From: Candidatus Limnocylindria bacterium
GTDB lineage: Bacteria; Chloroflexota; Limnocylindria; P2-11E
NCBI GenBank assembly: GCA_036523395.1
Contig: DATDEH010000083.1
Coordinates: 53,686 to 117,685, forward strand
Direction: 5' to 3'
DNA: 64,000 nucleotides
The position numbers were made by a program, and so were the translations under genes. Positions 8,390-19,139 of this stretch are shown piece by piece. Below the pieces are notes generated by a model that was not told where the DNA came from, made no database searches, and saw only the letters and a list, made by a program, of their open reading frames with translations. Position 1 is the first letter of the stretch, and each line of letters begins with the position of its first letter.

Positions 8390-9420
8390 ATGGCCGCACA
8401 ACGCGCGTGGACATTCACAACTGAAGACGAGTCCCAGACGCTGAAGCCCTCGTACCCGCTCACGGAAGCGATCGCGGACTTCCGGCGCGATGCGCCGATC
8501 CGCGAGACCACCCTCCGCGGGTACACCGTCTCGCTCCGCCTATTCACCGAGTGGCTTCAAGCGAAGGCCGACGCACGACCTGCACTCGCCGACCTCACGT
8601 ACGAAAACGCGTCGGCGTTCGGGGCGAACTTCCGTCCCACGGACAAGCACGCACCGCGCTACACCGAGCGCAACAAGCTAGTCGCGCTCAAAGCGCTCGC
8701 GAAGTGGCTCGCCGAGCGGCACCTGTACTTCGAGGCACGCGGTGACCAGCGCCTCTCGATCCTCCGCGACCTGAGGCTCCCACCGGTCCGCAGCTCGGAC
8801 GCAAACCCTTCAGCGACCGTGAGGTGAAGGCGATCCTCGGCGCGGTTTCCAAGATCGCCACCTACCCGATGCGCGAGCGCGCGATCCTCACCCTCCAGAT
8901 GTCGGCGCCGATGCGGCCCGACGAGGTGCGGCGCATCGCTCTCCGCGACTTCGAGCCGCGCGAGCGCGAAAGACGCGGACACATCCGGATCCGCGGCGCG
9001 AAGACCGAAGCCGGGTCCGACCGAGTCATCCCGCTGGACGACGAGGCCGAGTCGGCGCTCCACAGCTACCTCCGGTTCGAGCGGCCGGCGTGGGCCGGCG
9101 ACGGACCGAGAGATCACGCCGGCGAAGAGCCGCTCTTCCTGAACCGCGACGGCAGAGGCTTCACCGAGTTCTCCTGGAACAGCCGAAATCAGATCCTGCG
9201 ACGCCGGCTCCAGCAGTCCGGCGTTCGCGACTTCGTCCAGTACCGCTCCCGCGGATACGCCGCGAAGCGCCTGCAGAAGCGACGCGTGCCGCTGCAGGTG
9301 ATCATGCAGATCGGCGGCTGGAAGCGGGAAGCGATGCCGACGCGGTACATCGGCAAGTACGACGAGGACGAGCTCAAGGACTTCCCCACCGCGAACCTGC
9401 GCGACGTCCTCGCGAGGTAA
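8390..9420 (+). pseudogene. tyrosine-type site-specific integrase, apparently split by a frameshift (N-terminal ORF 8390..8827, catalytic ORF 8824..9420)
   Basis: N-terminal ORF has the SAM-like core-binding features (YTVSLRLFTEWL). The second frame reads GRKPFSDREVKAILGAV (classic integrase linker) followed by a catalytic domain with Arg (MRPDEV), Lys (GAKTEAG), GGWK (Trp at the His-II position, as in Cre) and the TRYIGKY nucleophile Tyr. The two frames overlap around 8746..8827. Confidence 0.7.
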
Positions 9421-9516
9421 CAAGAGACCACTGCGGGTCAGACCTCTGCGGGAAAACGGAAGACCTCTGCGGGGGCAAGAACGCGATCAGCACGATCGGC
9501 CCGGTTCTATTGACTC

Positions 9517-9589
<73 letters not shown>

Positions 9590-9720
9590 TAGGAGCGGCG
9601 GCGGCGAGCGACTCGCCGGGCGCCGCGACGACGGCGACGTGAGCGAAGCGATACGTCGCCTAAGAGGCACGTACCCACAGCTAACGGCGCCGGTCGGGTC
9701 AGTCAAGTCTACGGGGAAAA

Positions 9721-10494
9721 ATGCGGGAGGGCAGGCGACGTGCATACTGCCGCCGCATGCTTCCCATCGGCGACCAGGACGAACCGGGCGGCCTCCCGCT
9801 CGTCAACATCGCGATCATCGCGATCAACGTCCTCGTCTTCGTCCTGCTCCAGCTCCCGAGCGATGCGTTCACGATGGGCTTCAGCACGATCCCGAAGGAG
9901 ATCACGACTGGCGTCGACCTGGTCGGCCCGGTCGCGATCACTCTCCCCGACGGCAGCGTCGAGACGCTCATCGAGGCGCCGGGTCCGAGTCCCATCTGGC
10001 TGACGCTGTTCACGTCGATGTTCATGCACGGCGGCTGGCTGCACATCGGTGGGAACATGCTCTTTCTGTTCATCTTTGGCGACAACGTCGAGCGGCGGCT
10101 TGGCTCGCTCCTGTATCTCGCGTTCTATCTGGTCTGCGGCGTCGTCGCATCCGCGGCGCAGATCGCCACCGACGTCAACTCCGTGATCCCGAGCCTCGGA
10201 GCGTCGGGTGCGATCAGCGGTGTGCTCGCGGCCTACCTCGTGTACTTCCCGCAGAACCGTGTGCGCGTTCTGGTGGGTTTCCGCTACGTCACCGAGGTGC
10301 CCGCGCTGGTGATGATCGGGCTATGGGCGCTGATCCAGTTCATATCGGGATTCGGCTCCATCGCCACGACCGCTTCGAGCGGCGGAGGCGTCGCGTACTT
10401 CGCGCACATCGGAGGGTTCATCGCCGGCGTCGTACTGGCATTCCTGTTGCGCGCTGTGGGCCGAGGACCCACGAGACCCTTCGCGACCGTGTAG
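9721..10494 (+). CDS. rhomboid-family intramembrane serine protease
   Basis: HGGWLHIGGNMLFLFIFG, the catalytic GASGAISGV and AHIGGFIAG motifs; 6 TM segments; an alternative start at Met 9754 is possible. Confidence 0.85.
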   Translation: MREGRRRAYCRRMLPIGDQDEPGGLPLVNIAIIAINVLVFVLLQLPSDAFTMGFSTIPKEITTGVDLVGPVAITLPDGSVETLIEAPGPSPIWLTLFTSMFMHGGWLHIGGNMLFLFIFGDNVERRLGSLLYLAFYLVCGVVASAAQIATDVNSVIPSLGASGAISGVLAAYLVYFPQNRVRVLVGFRYVTEVPALVMIGLWALIQFISGFGSIATTASSGGGVAYFAHIGGFIAGVVLAFLLRAVGRGPTRPFATV

Positions 10495-10502
10495 CTGGCC
10501 GC

Positions 10503-12095
10503 TTAGAGGATGCGGGCGATCCGCTCCACGTCCTCGGCCACATCGGTACGGCCGTCGAGACGGTACGCGTGGGACAAGAGGTGGCACTTCTCTTTTGCCG
10601 TATCGCGCCGCCCGATCGCGCAATCGATCTCGATGAGCAGTCGCTGCGGCTCGCGGTCGGTGAGACCGTGGGCGATGTAGTCGAGCAGGAGGTCCGAGGC
10701 TGACTGCAGCTTCCCGTGGGTGAGGAGGCGGCGCGCCGCGTCGAGGGTCGCGTCGGTCGCGCGCTTGTCGCGCCTGCCGATGAGGAGCGTCGCGCGCGCC
10801 GCGACCGTGTTCGCGGCCTCGAGATCGTTGCCCTGCGGGACCAGCGCCTTGAGCTCGCGTTCGAGATCGAGTGGCGGGCGCGCTGCCCGTGGCGGTCGTG
10901 CGGGCGCGATGACCGGCGCCGGAACGGGCGCGGACTTGTGGCCGTTGGGCGAGAGGCCGGCACGGGCGAGAAGATCCACAGGCCGCCCGAGATCCACCCC
11001 TTCGGCGTGTGTGACGGTGCTCGCGCCGTTGAGCACGACCGTCGTCTGCGAGGCGGAGGGCCGGGTCGTCTGCGAAGCCGAGGGCTGGGCCGCGGCCGGA
11101 GCTTTCACTGGTTCGGCCTTCGCGGGCGTGGGCTTCGCGGGCTCGGGCCGCAGGACTGGTGGCTCGGTCCGGAACGTGGGCGGCTCGGGCTCGGATCGGA
11201 AAGCGTGCGGCTCTGGTCGTAGCGCTGCCGGCGTCGTCCGGAATGTCGGCGGCTCCGGCTGCGCGCGGAAGACGGGCCGATCGATCTTCGGCGCCGGCGC
11301 CACCGGCTTTGGAGCGAGCTCGGAGCGGGCGATGATGGGCGGCACTTCACCGATCCGTGGCGCAGGGCCGGCGGAGCCACCGGTCGCGGCCGCGACGCGA
11401 TCGACGATCGCCCTGAGGCCGGGTAGGTCGCCGAGCGTCTCGCGCCCGTATGTGAGCTCCAGCCACGCGCGACGCGTGTCGTGCTGAGCGAGGGCCATGT
11501 CGACGAAGCGCGCGTACTCGCGGATCGCGCTCGGGAGGTCGCCCTGGTTCGCGAGCGCGGCCGCGAGACGACGGTGCGCGGCGAGATCGGACGGAGCGAT
11601 CGCCACGGCCTCGAGCAGCAAAGCGACGGCGGTCGCGCGATCACCGCCCTGTGCGAATCTCCCCGCCGCTTCGCGCAGCGTCGTGAGCGCCGCGCCGACA
11701 TCCTGCTGCGCTGCCTGCGCGCGCGCGAGACCGCAGTACGCCTCGATGTCGCCGCGCTTCTCGACGAGCTCGCGGAACGCCACCTCAGACTGCCGAGCTT
11801 TCCCGCTTTCGAGAAGCTTCGCCGCGTTGTCGGTCGCGCGACGGTGGCCGCCACTCTGCGGCTTCTGCGAGGCGCCGCACGCAGCGAGCGCTGAGGCAAG
11901 CTCGGCCGCGCGCTCCTCGCCCATCGCGCGCGCTGCCTTCGTACGTACTCGCGCGACCAGACCGTCGAGCTGAGCAGGGCTGATGGTGTTGGCGTTGACG
12001 CCGAGCGCGTGGAATTCCGTGGAGAGGAAGGTCTGCGTAGCGGGCCCGAGGTAGCCCTTGGCTACCCCCAGCAGCTGCTGCGCAAACGCGTTCAA
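10503..12095 (-). CDS. TPR-like repeat protein with a Pro-rich tandem-repeat linker
   Basis: Ala/Leu-rich helical repeat blocks; central PEPPTFRT repeats and SASQTT repeats; start overlaps the stop of the upstream dCache-HAMP gene by 4 nt. Confidence 0.5.
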   Translation of the reverse strand: MNAFAQQLLGVAKGYLGPATQTFLSTEFHALGVNANTISPAQLDGLVARVRTKAARAMGEERAAELASALAACGASQKPQSGGHRRATDNAAKLLESGKARQSEVAFRELVEKRGDIEAYCGLARAQAAQQDVGAALTTLREAAGRFAQGGDRATAVALLLEAVAIAPSDLAAHRRLAAALANQGDLPSAIREYARFVDMALAQHDTRRAWLELTYGRETLGDLPGLRAIVDRVAAATGGSAGPAPRIGEVPPIIARSELAPKPVAPAPKIDRPVFRAQPEPPTFRTTPAALRPEPHAFRSEPEPPTFRTEPPVLRPEPAKPTPAKAEPVKAPAAAQPSASQTTRPSASQTTVVLNGASTVTHAEGVDLGRPVDLLARAGLSPNGHKSAPVPAPVIAPARPPRAARPPLDLERELKALVPQGNDLEAANTVAARATLLIGRRDKRATDATLDAARRLLTHGKLQSASDLLLDYIAHGLTDREPQRLLIEIDCAIGRRDTAKEKCHLLSHAYRLDGRTDVAEDVERIARIL

Positions 12096-13333
12096 TCTTC
12101 GCCTGCGGTCGCGTCGTCCGACAATGCGTAGAAGCGGAGGGCGTTCAGCATCCGATCAAAGGCGGACGCGACCTCGCGCGTGATGTCGTCACCCGAGCGT
12201 GTGTCGAAGCGCGCGTACCGAAGGTCAACATCGCCGGTGGAGACCATCGTCGCCTCACCAACGAGGCGTCGCAGCGGACGCACCAGCGAACGAGTCAGCA
12301 GCACGCCGATGACGAGCGAGAGGAGCAGTCCCACGATGACCATGCTCGTCGCGTTCACCGTGGCGTCGTCCGCGGCCTTGGTGTACGTCGCGATCGGGAC
12401 CGCGAGCACGTAGGCCCACGGCTTGGCGGTGAGACGGGTCACGACGCCGCGCTGCTCGAGGTCCGCGTTGCCGAAGGAGAACTGCGAAGAGGTCGTGATC
12501 CCCCTGGGCAGCTTGTCGAGCGCGGTCTTCAGCGTGGGCAGCGGGTCGATGACGAGCTGCTCCGGGGTCTTCGTACCAAAGCGCTTGTCCGCCGCGAGCT
12601 TCTTCGCGGTCTCCGCCTCGATCGGTGCGATCGGCTTGTAGATGAGCGACTCCGCCTGATCGCGGTGACCCTTCGTCTCGGACACCGCGAGCCGGATCCC
12701 GAAGTCGTCCACGAGGAAACCGTGAGCGCCGGCGCCAACGGCGCCGAGGTCGCCCTCGACGACGTCCCAGATCGCGGCGAGGTTCACGCGGGTACGCACG
12801 ACAGCGAGGACCTTCTCGCCGTCCATCACAGGCGCGGAGAAGAAAAGAGCTGGCTTGTTCGTGATGACGGAGTAGCTCGGGTCGCTGATGTACGGCGTGC
12901 CCTTGAACGCGGTCGTGAAGTACTCGCGGAACTTCACGCTCGTGCCCTCGTCGGTGAGGATCGACGCCGCGACGATCGTTCCGTCGGGGTCGACGACCGC
13001 GACCGATTCGTATTCAGGCGAGCGGGCGGCCGCGGCGGAGAGAGCCACGCGCGCGGCCGCCTTCGCGGCGGGGTCTTTCATGTTTTGGCCGAAGCGGATG
13101 ATGTCCGGCAGCTTGCCGACGAGGACGATGTCGCCAAGCCGGCTCTGCAGATACGCATCGATGGCGCCGGCGGTCGAGGTCGAGCGCTGCTGGATGTTCG
13201 TGACGCCGAGGCTCGTGAGGTCCTGACGAGTCGTTTGGATGGAGACCATGCTCACGAGGGTCACGGGGACGATGCCAACGCAAAGGAGTGCTCCGAGGAC
13301 CTTCTGCCAGAAACGGATCCGAAGGAAACCCAT
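12092..13333 (-). CDS. membrane sensor with periplasmic double-Cache-like domain and HAMP domain, no output domain
   Basis: N-terminal TM (LGALLCVGIVPVTLVSMV), about 280-aa extracytoplasmic region, second TM (MVIVGLLLSLVIGVLL), then a HAMP-like segment TRSLVRPLRRLVGEATMVSTGDVDLR...ITREVASAFDRMLNAL; the protein ends about 25 aa later. Confidence 0.55.
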   Translation of the reverse strand: MGFLRIRFWQKVLGALLCVGIVPVTLVSMVSIQTTRQDLTSLGVTNIQQRSTSTAGAIDAYLQSRLGDIVLVGKLPDIIRFGQNMKDPAAKAAARVALSAAAARSPEYESVAVVDPDGTIVAASILTDEGTSVKFREYFTTAFKGTPYISDPSYSVITNKPALFFSAPVMDGEKVLAVVRTRVNLAAIWDVVEGDLGAVGAGAHGFLVDDFGIRLAVSETKGHRDQAESLIYKPIAPIEAETAKKLAADKRFGTKTPEQLVIDPLPTLKTALDKLPRGITTSSQFSFGNADLEQRGVVTRLTAKPWAYVLAVPIATYTKAADDATVNATSMVIVGLLLSLVIGVLLTRSLVRPLRRLVGEATMVSTGDVDLRYARFDTRSGDDITREVASAFDRMLNALRFYALSDDATAGED

Positions 13334-13488
13334 AGCTACCCCTGACCTCTCTCCATGTGTCGCCCCACAGGCTCGTCGCCTACGCGCACTGTGGGCGCGT
13401 GAGCACACGGCGGGTAGTCAGGCCCGCATAAACCGTCCGTACCGGCTTCGGACTAGTACCCCAATGGGGGGACTATGACGGTCCGGCG

Positions 13489-14016
13489 TCAGCGCGGGAT
13501 GCGCTGCGAGCGCCGTGCGTCGCGCATCAGGCCACGCAGCAAGCGCTTGGACTCCTCAAGTTCCGTGCGGTCCGCCTCGGTCAGGCCGCCGCGCTGAGGA
13601 TCGAGGCGCCACCAGCACTCGAAGCCCCAGAGGCGCTCTTCGCCGAGCCGCAGGCGCGGGATCCCGGTACCGGCCCGGCGGAGCTCGCCGGTCTCGAAGT
13701 CGAAGAAGCCTTCAAAGCTGGCGGCCTGGCCGGTGCGGTCGGGTTCGCCCTCGCGCAGGTCGAGAAGGATCACGCAGGGCGTTCCCGGGCGGATCTCATC
13801 CGCCGCACGCACCGGTCGGGCACGGGTGCCGCGCCGCGCTGGTCGCCGGTCCGGGCGCGCATCGCGAGGTGGACCACGACGTGGATCGCGGAGGGCGGGG
13901 GCGCGCTCGGGTTGTGCAGGCGCGCGCTCCGGTTGCGCTGGTGGTTGCTGTGGACGTCCTCCGCGCCGTCGTCCACCGCGCGACCGACGACGCGGTGATC
14001 GCCCTGCGTCCGGCAT
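13489..14016 (-). CDS. conserved hypothetical protein, divergent from aceE (start uncertain)
   Basis: Structured C-terminal region ([17 protein letters not shown]...[34 protein letters not shown]); the track ORF to 14595 is an overextension into the aceE antisense region. Confidence 0.35.
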   Translation of the reverse strand: MPDAGRSPRRRSRGGRRRGGRPQQPPAQPERAPAQPERAPALRDPRRGPPRDARPDRRPARRGTRARPVRAADEIRPGTPCVILLDLREGEPDRTGQAASFEGFFDFETGELRRAGTGIPRLRLGEERLWGFECWWRLDPQRGGLTEADRTELEESKRLLRGLMRDARRSQRIPR

Positions 14017-14085
14017 GCCGTCATATTGGCATGCCGCGGCTTGGTCGACCGTCGTGACCGGTCGCGCCGGTACACTCGATCTCGG

Positions 14086-16770
14086 ATGCACGAAGTTTTC
14101 GACGAGTTCAAGCGACAGCTCCCCGATATCGATCCGGCCGAGACCGATGAGTGGATCGAGTCCCTCGACGCCCTCGTCAAGCAAGCGGGCCCCGAGCGGG
14201 CGCGCTTCGTCCTCTACAAGCTCCTCAAGCGCGCGCGCATGCTGCAGGTAGGACTGCCGCCGCTCACGCAGACGCGTTACATCAACACGATCTCCCCTGA
14301 GCAGGAGCCCGACTTCCCGGGCGATGAGGAGATGGAACACCGCATCCGGCAGTACATCCGCTGGAACGCCGTCGCGATGGTCGTGCGCGCGAACCATCGC
14401 TATGACGGCATCGGCGGGCACCTCGCGACCTATGCGTCGTCCGCGACGCTCTACGAGGTCGGCTTCAACCACTTCTTCCGCGGCAAGGACGACGGCAATG
14501 ACGGCGATCAGGTCTTCTACCAGGGCCACGCATCGCCTGGCATCTACGCGCGCGCGTTCCTCGAGGGCCGCCTGAAGGAGAGCCAGCTCGATCACTTCCG
14601 GCGCGAGAGCAAGCCCGGTGAGGGACTGTCCTCATATCCCCACCCGCGCCTCATGCCCGACTACTGGGAATTCCCGACCGTCTCGATGGGGCTCGGTCCG
14701 ATCACTGCGATCTATCAGGCGCGCTTCAACCGCTACCTGCAGAACCGCGGGATCAAGGACACGAACGCGCAGCGGGTGTGGGGATTCCTCGGCGATGGCG
14801 AATGCGACGAGCCCGAGTCGCTCGGCGCGCTCCATCTCGCGGCCCGCGAGGGGCTCGACAACCTGACCTTCGTCGTGAACTGCAACCTACAGCGTCTCGA
14901 TGGTCCGGTGCGTGGCAACGGCAAGATCATCCAGGAGCTGGAGGCGGTGTTCCGCGGCTCGGGCTGGAACGTGATCAAGGTGATCTGGGGCCGCGAGTGG
15001 GACGACCTTCTTGCGCGCGACGTCGACGGTGTCCTCGTGAACAAGATGAACGAGACGACCGACGGCGAGTCGCAGCGCCTCACGATCGCTGACGGCGCGT
15101 ACATCCGGGAGCACTTCTTCGGACCGGACCCGCGCCTCCGCAAGCTCGTCGAGCACCTATCCGATGCGGACCTGATGAAGCTGCGACGTGGCGGTCATGA
15201 CTATCGCAAGGTCTATGCGGCCTACCACGAGGCCGTCCGACACACCGCGGCGCCGACCGCGATCCTCGCGCAGACGGTCAAGGGCTGGGCGCTCGGACCC
15301 AACGTCGAGGGACGCAACATCACACACCAGGCGAAGAAGCTCACGTTCGAAGAGCTGAAGATCTTCCGCGATCGCCTCGAGCTACCGATCACCGATAAGC
15401 AGCTCGAGGAGGATCCGCCGTACTACCACCCGGGGATGGACAGCTCCGAGGTCCGGTACATGCTCGAGCGTCGCCGGGCGCTCGGTGGCGTCGTGCCCAA
15501 GCGGGTCGTTCGAGGAAAGCCGCTGCCTGTCCCAAGCGATGCCGCGTTCGCCGAGTTCCCGAAGGGATCGGGGAAAGCAGCCGCGTCGACGACGATGGCG
15601 TTCACGCGGCTCCTGCGGAATCTGCTGCGCGATGAGTCGATCGGCTCGCGCGTCGTCCCGATCATCCCGGACGAAGCGCGCACGTTCGGCATGGACCCGC
15701 TTTTCAAAGAGGTCGGCATCTACTCTTCGCTCGGCCAGACCTACGAGCCGGTCGACGCTGAGACGCTGCTTCCCTATCGCGAGGCGACGAATGGACAGGT
15801 GCTCGAGGAGGGCATCACCGAGGCCGGCTCGATGGCGAGCTTCACCGCAGCGGGCACGAGCTACGCGACGCACTCCGAAGCGATGCTGCCCTTCTACATC
15901 TTCTACTCGATGTTCGGGTTCCAGCGCACGATGGACCAGATCTGGGCGTTTGGTGACGCGCGCGGGCGCGGGTTCCTCCTCGGGGCGACCGCTGGCCGCA
16001 CGACGCTCAACGGCGAGGGCCTGCAGCACGAGGACGGGCACAGCCATCTGCTCGCGACGGCCGTGCCCAACATCCGCGCATACGATCCGGCGTTCGCGTA
16101 CGAGACCGCGGTCATCGTGCGCGACGGCATCCGCCGCATGTTCGTCGACAACATGGACGTCTTCTACTACCTCACGCTCTACAACGAGAACTACCCGATG
16201 CCGCCGATGCCCGCGGGCGTCGAGGACGGCATCCTGCGCGGCATCTACCTCTTCCGGAAAGGCGAGGGCGGCGGCCGAAGCCATGTCACGCTCCTCGGCT
16301 CCGGCCCGATCCTGATGCAGGTGCTGCGGACCCAGGAGATGCTGCAGGAGAAGTACGACGTCGCCGCGGACGTGTACAGCGTCACGAGTTACCAGCAGCT
16401 GCGCAACGAGGCGCTCGAGGTCGAGCGCTGGAACCGGCTGCACCCGACGGAGACCGCGAAGGTCCCCTACGTGGTGCAGGTGCTGGGCGGCGCGACGCCG
16501 ATCATCGCCGCGAGCGACTTCATGAAGGCGGTCCCGGATCAGATCTCCCGCTGGCTCTCGCAGCCCTTCGTTCCGTTGGGGACCGACGGCTTCGGACGGA
16601 GCGACACGCGCGAGGCGCTACGCCGTCACTTCGAAGTGGACGCGGAGAGCATCGCGGTCGCGTCCCTCAACGCACTCGCGCTCTGCGAGCAGTACTCGCC
16701 GCAGGACGTCGCGAAGGCTATCGCGGATCTCGGCATCGATCCGAACAAACCGGAGCCGCGGACCGCCTAA
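14086..16770 (+). CDS. aceE: pyruvate dehydrogenase E1 component, homodimeric type
   Basis: About 895 aa; the N-terminal [18 protein letters not shown], the ThDP-binding [13 protein letters not shown] and overall architecture are characteristic of AceE. Confidence 0.9.
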   Translation: MHEVFDEFKRQLPDIDPAETDEWIESLDALVKQAGPERARFVLYKLLKRARMLQVGLPPLTQTRYINTISPEQEPDFPGDEEMEHRIRQYIRWNAVAMVVRANHRYDGIGGHLATYASSATLYEVGFNHFFRGKDDGNDGDQVFYQGHASPGIYARAFLEGRLKESQLDHFRRESKPGEGLSSYPHPRLMPDYWEFPTVSMGLGPITAIYQARFNRYLQNRGIKDTNAQRVWGFLGDGECDEPESLGALHLAAREGLDNLTFVVNCNLQRLDGPVRGNGKIIQELEAVFRGSGWNVIKVIWGREWDDLLARDVDGVLVNKMNETTDGESQRLTIADGAYIREHFFGPDPRLRKLVEHLSDADLMKLRRGGHDYRKVYAAYHEAVRHTAAPTAILAQTVKGWALGPNVEGRNITHQAKKLTFEELKIFRDRLELPITDKQLEEDPPYYHPGMDSSEVRYMLERRRALGGVVPKRVVRGKPLPVPSDAAFAEFPKGSGKAAASTTMAFTRLLRNLLRDESIGSRVVPIIPDEARTFGMDPLFKEVGIYSSLGQTYEPVDAETLLPYREATNGQVLEEGITEAGSMASFTAAGTSYATHSEAMLPFYIFYSMFGFQRTMDQIWAFGDARGRGFLLGATAGRTTLNGEGLQHEDGHSHLLATAVPNIRAYDPAFAYETAVIVRDGIRRMFVDNMDVFYYLTLYNENYPMPPMPAGVEDGILRGIYLFRKGEGGGRSHVTLLGSGPILMQVLRTQEMLQEKYDVAADVYSVTSYQQLRNEALEVERWNRLHPTETAKVPYVVQVLGGATPIIAASDFMKAVPDQISRWLSQPFVPLGTDGFGRSDTREALRRHFEVDAESIAVASLNALALCEQYSPQDVAKAIADLGIDPNKPEPRTA

Positions 16771-16771
16771 C

Positions 16772-17407
16772 TCAGCGCGGCGTGCGCTGGAACTCGACCA
16801 AGCGGCCGTCTTCGCACCGGAAGGTCACGACCGAGTCGGCGTACTCGCTATGACCGGTGAAAACTCTGCCGCTCGCGTCGCCGCCGCCGATGCTGCCGCC
16901 GCTCAGCATCTGTTGGGCCGCGCCGGGCCACCTACTGCTCGAAGTGCCCGCGCCATTCTCGAAGCACTCGGCGGTCGCGGGTACGGCCTGGGCGACATAC
17001 AGCATCACGACGCCAAACCCGAGGAGAGCGCCACCGAGGGCGGCGGGTCGCGCGTACGTCAGCTCACCCCGTCGCAGCGCGCGGTACAGCAAGAGGAGGA
17101 ACACCACCCCAGCCGGCAAGACAGCGAGGCCGATCGAGAACGCCGCGAGGAAGCCGAAGAACAGACAGCCGCTCGCGAGCAACGCGAGCAACGTGACATA
17201 TCGCGAGCGCCGCCAGGGCACTACTTGCGCACCCACCGCCAGACCGAACATCGCAGCCGCGAGAAGCACGTAGTCGAAGCGCTCCGGCTCGAAGATCTTC
17301 GAGCCATCCGCACGCAGCGCTAGGTAAACGGGGAACAGAAGGACGGCACCGACACCCGCCGCTACCGCGACGGCCAAGATGCGCAGCGCTTGCGACGAGT
17401 TACGCAC
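16772..17407 (-). CDS. integral membrane protein, unknown function
   Basis: Several hydrophobic helices; 211 aa. Confidence 0.45.
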   Translation of the reverse strand: MRNSSQALRILAVAVAAGVGAVLLFPVYLALRADGSKIFEPERFDYVLLAAAMFGLAVGAQVVPWRRSRYVTLLALLASGCLFFGFLAAFSIGLAVLPAGVVFLLLLYRALRRGELTYARPAALGGALLGFGVVMLYVAQAVPATAECFENGAGTSSSRWPGAAQQMLSGGSIGGGDASGRVFTGHSEYADSVVTFRCEDGRLVEFQRTPR

Positions 17408-19079
17408 GGGTCAACGGTCGGTAGCGGATGCGATGCGGCTGCCAGTCGTCGCCCTTTTCCTTGCGCATGAACTCCTCGTACGAGTGGTAGTTCCCCTCGA
17501 ACCAGCGCACGCGGCTGTCGCCCTCGAAGACGAGGAGATGCGTCGCCACGCGGTCGAGGAACCAGCGGTCGTGGCTGATCACTACGACACATCCGGCGAA
17601 ATCGAGGAGCGCTTCCTCGAGGGCACGTAGTGTGTCGACATCGAGGTCGTTCGACGGCTCGTCGAGCAGCAGGACGTTCGCACCGGACTTGAGCATCTTC
17701 GCGAGATGGACGCGATTGCGCTCGCCGCCCGAAAGGTCACCGACCCGCTTCTGCTGGTCCGCGCCGCGGAAGTTGAACGACGCGACGTACGCGCGCGCAT
17801 TGCGCGTCCGTGCACCGATCTGGATGTTCTCCTGTCCCTCGGCGATCTCCTCCCACACGTTCTTCTTGGGGTCGAGCGCGTCGCGCGACTGCGACACGTA
17901 GCCAAGCTTCACGGTCTCGCCCACCACGAGCGATCCGCCATCTGCCTTTTCCTCGCCGGTGATGAGACGGAACAGCGTCGTCTTGCCGGCGCCGTTCGGT
18001 CCGATGATCCCGACGATGCCGCCACGCGGCAGCGCGAACGTGAGGTCGTCGAAGAGCAGCCGGTCCCCGTATCCCTTGCGGAGCTTGGTCGCGTTGATCA
18101 CGACGTCACCGAGCCGCGGGCCGGGCGGGATGCTGATCTCGAGCTCGCGCTCGCGCTCGTCCGGCGACTCCGCCAGGAGTCGTTCATACGACTCGATGCG
18201 CGCCTTGCTCTTCGCCTGGCGCGCGCGCGGCGATGCCTGCACCCACTCGAGCTCGCGAGCGAGGGTGCGCTGGCGCGCCGACTCCTGCTTCTCTTCGTCC
18301 GCGAGCCGTTTGCGCTTCTGATCGAGCCACGAGCTGTAGTTGCCCTCGTACGGGATGCCCGCGCCCTTGTCGAGCTCGAGGATCCAGCTCGCGGCGTTGT
18401 CGAGGAAGTAGCGGTCGTGCGTCACCGCGACGACGCACCCGTCATAGCCGGTGAGCGTTCGCTCTAGCCACGCCACCGATTCCGCGTCGAGGTGGTTCGT
18501 GGGCTCGTCGAGCAGCAGCAGGTCGGGGTGAGCGAGAAGCAAGCGGCAGAGCGCGACGCGGCGACGCTCACCGCCCGACAGGGTCTTCACGTCCTGCTCG
18601 CCGGGCGGCAGCCGCAGCGCGTCCATCGCGTGGTCGATCTGGCTGTCGAGATCCCACAGCCCTTTGGCCTCGATCTCGTCCTGCGCCTTCTGGAAATCGA
18701 CATTGAGCCTGTCCATATCGGCATCCGATAGCGACTCGCCGAACTTCGCCGACAGCTCTTCGTACCGTTTGAGCACGGCGCGGCGGTCGGCGACGCCCTC
18801 TTCGACGTTGCCGCGGACGTCCTTGTTCGCATCCAGCTGCGGCTCCTGGGCGAGCAGGCCGGCGCGGTAGCCCTCCGTGATGCGGGCGTCGCCGACGTAC
18901 TCCTTGTCGATCCCGGCCATGATCCGGAGGAGCGTGGATTTCCCCGCTCCATTCGGCCCCAGCACGCCGATCTTCGCCGTCGGGTAGAAGGCCAGCGTGA
19001 TGCCCTTCAGGATCTCGCGCTGCGACCCGGGCGCGATCTTCTTGAGGCCGTACATCGTGTAGATGAATTGCGGCGGCAT
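17400..19079 (-). CDS. ettA: energy-dependent translational throttle protein EttA (ABC-F ATPase)
   Basis: Two ABC cassettes (GPNGAGKSTLL ... LSGGERRRVAL ... GPNGAGKTTLF ... LSGGERNRVHL) with inter-domain linker; about 558 aa. Confidence 0.9.
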   Translation of the reverse strand: MPPQFIYTMYGLKKIAPGSQREILKGITLAFYPTAKIGVLGPNGAGKSTLLRIMAGIDKEYVGDARITEGYRAGLLAQEPQLDANKDVRGNVEEGVADRRAVLKRYEELSAKFGESLSDADMDRLNVDFQKAQDEIEAKGLWDLDSQIDHAMDALRLPPGEQDVKTLSGGERRRVALCRLLLAHPDLLLLDEPTNHLDAESVAWLERTLTGYDGCVVAVTHDRYFLDNAASWILELDKGAGIPYEGNYSSWLDQKRKRLADEEKQESARQRTLARELEWVQASPRARQAKSKARIESYERLLAESPDERERELEISIPPGPRLGDVVINATKLRKGYGDRLLFDDLTFALPRGGIVGIIGPNGAGKTTLFRLITGEEKADGGSLVVGETVKLGYVSQSRDALDPKKNVWEEIAEGQENIQIGARTRNARAYVASFNFRGADQQKRVGDLSGGERNRVHLAKMLKSGANVLLLDEPSNDLDVDTLRALEEALLDFAGCVVVISHDRWFLDRVATHLLVFEGDSRVRWFEGNYHSYEEFMRKEKGDDWQPHRIRYRPLTRA

Positions 19080-19139
19080 GTAAGAACCGTATCAGCGGAC
19101 AGTCAGATACGCTTTCCCCCGCCACACCGGGGAGGGCTG

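Larger units (their letters stand above)
2383..9515. mobile_element. integrated genomic island at the tRNA-Cys 3' end (integrase, replication-relaxation protein, LuxR regulators, Cys-rich peptide operon)
   Basis: Bounded by the att repeat at 2337..2382 and the intact tRNA-Cys at 9517..9589; integrase lies immediately next to the tRNA; the 2400..3350 stretch looks AT-richer than its surroundings. Confidence 0.65.

Noticed and set aside
7200-8414. 404-aa minus-strand ORF opposite the replication-relaxation gene
   Set aside because: R/A/G-rich low-complexity translation without motifs; the plus-strand frame has the recognisable wHTH replication-relaxation signature
13489-14595. 368-aa minus ORF upstream of aceE
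   Set aside because: Its N-terminal 190 codons are antisense to the aceE 5' region and are A/L/V/R-rich; only the C-terminal about 175 codons look genuine
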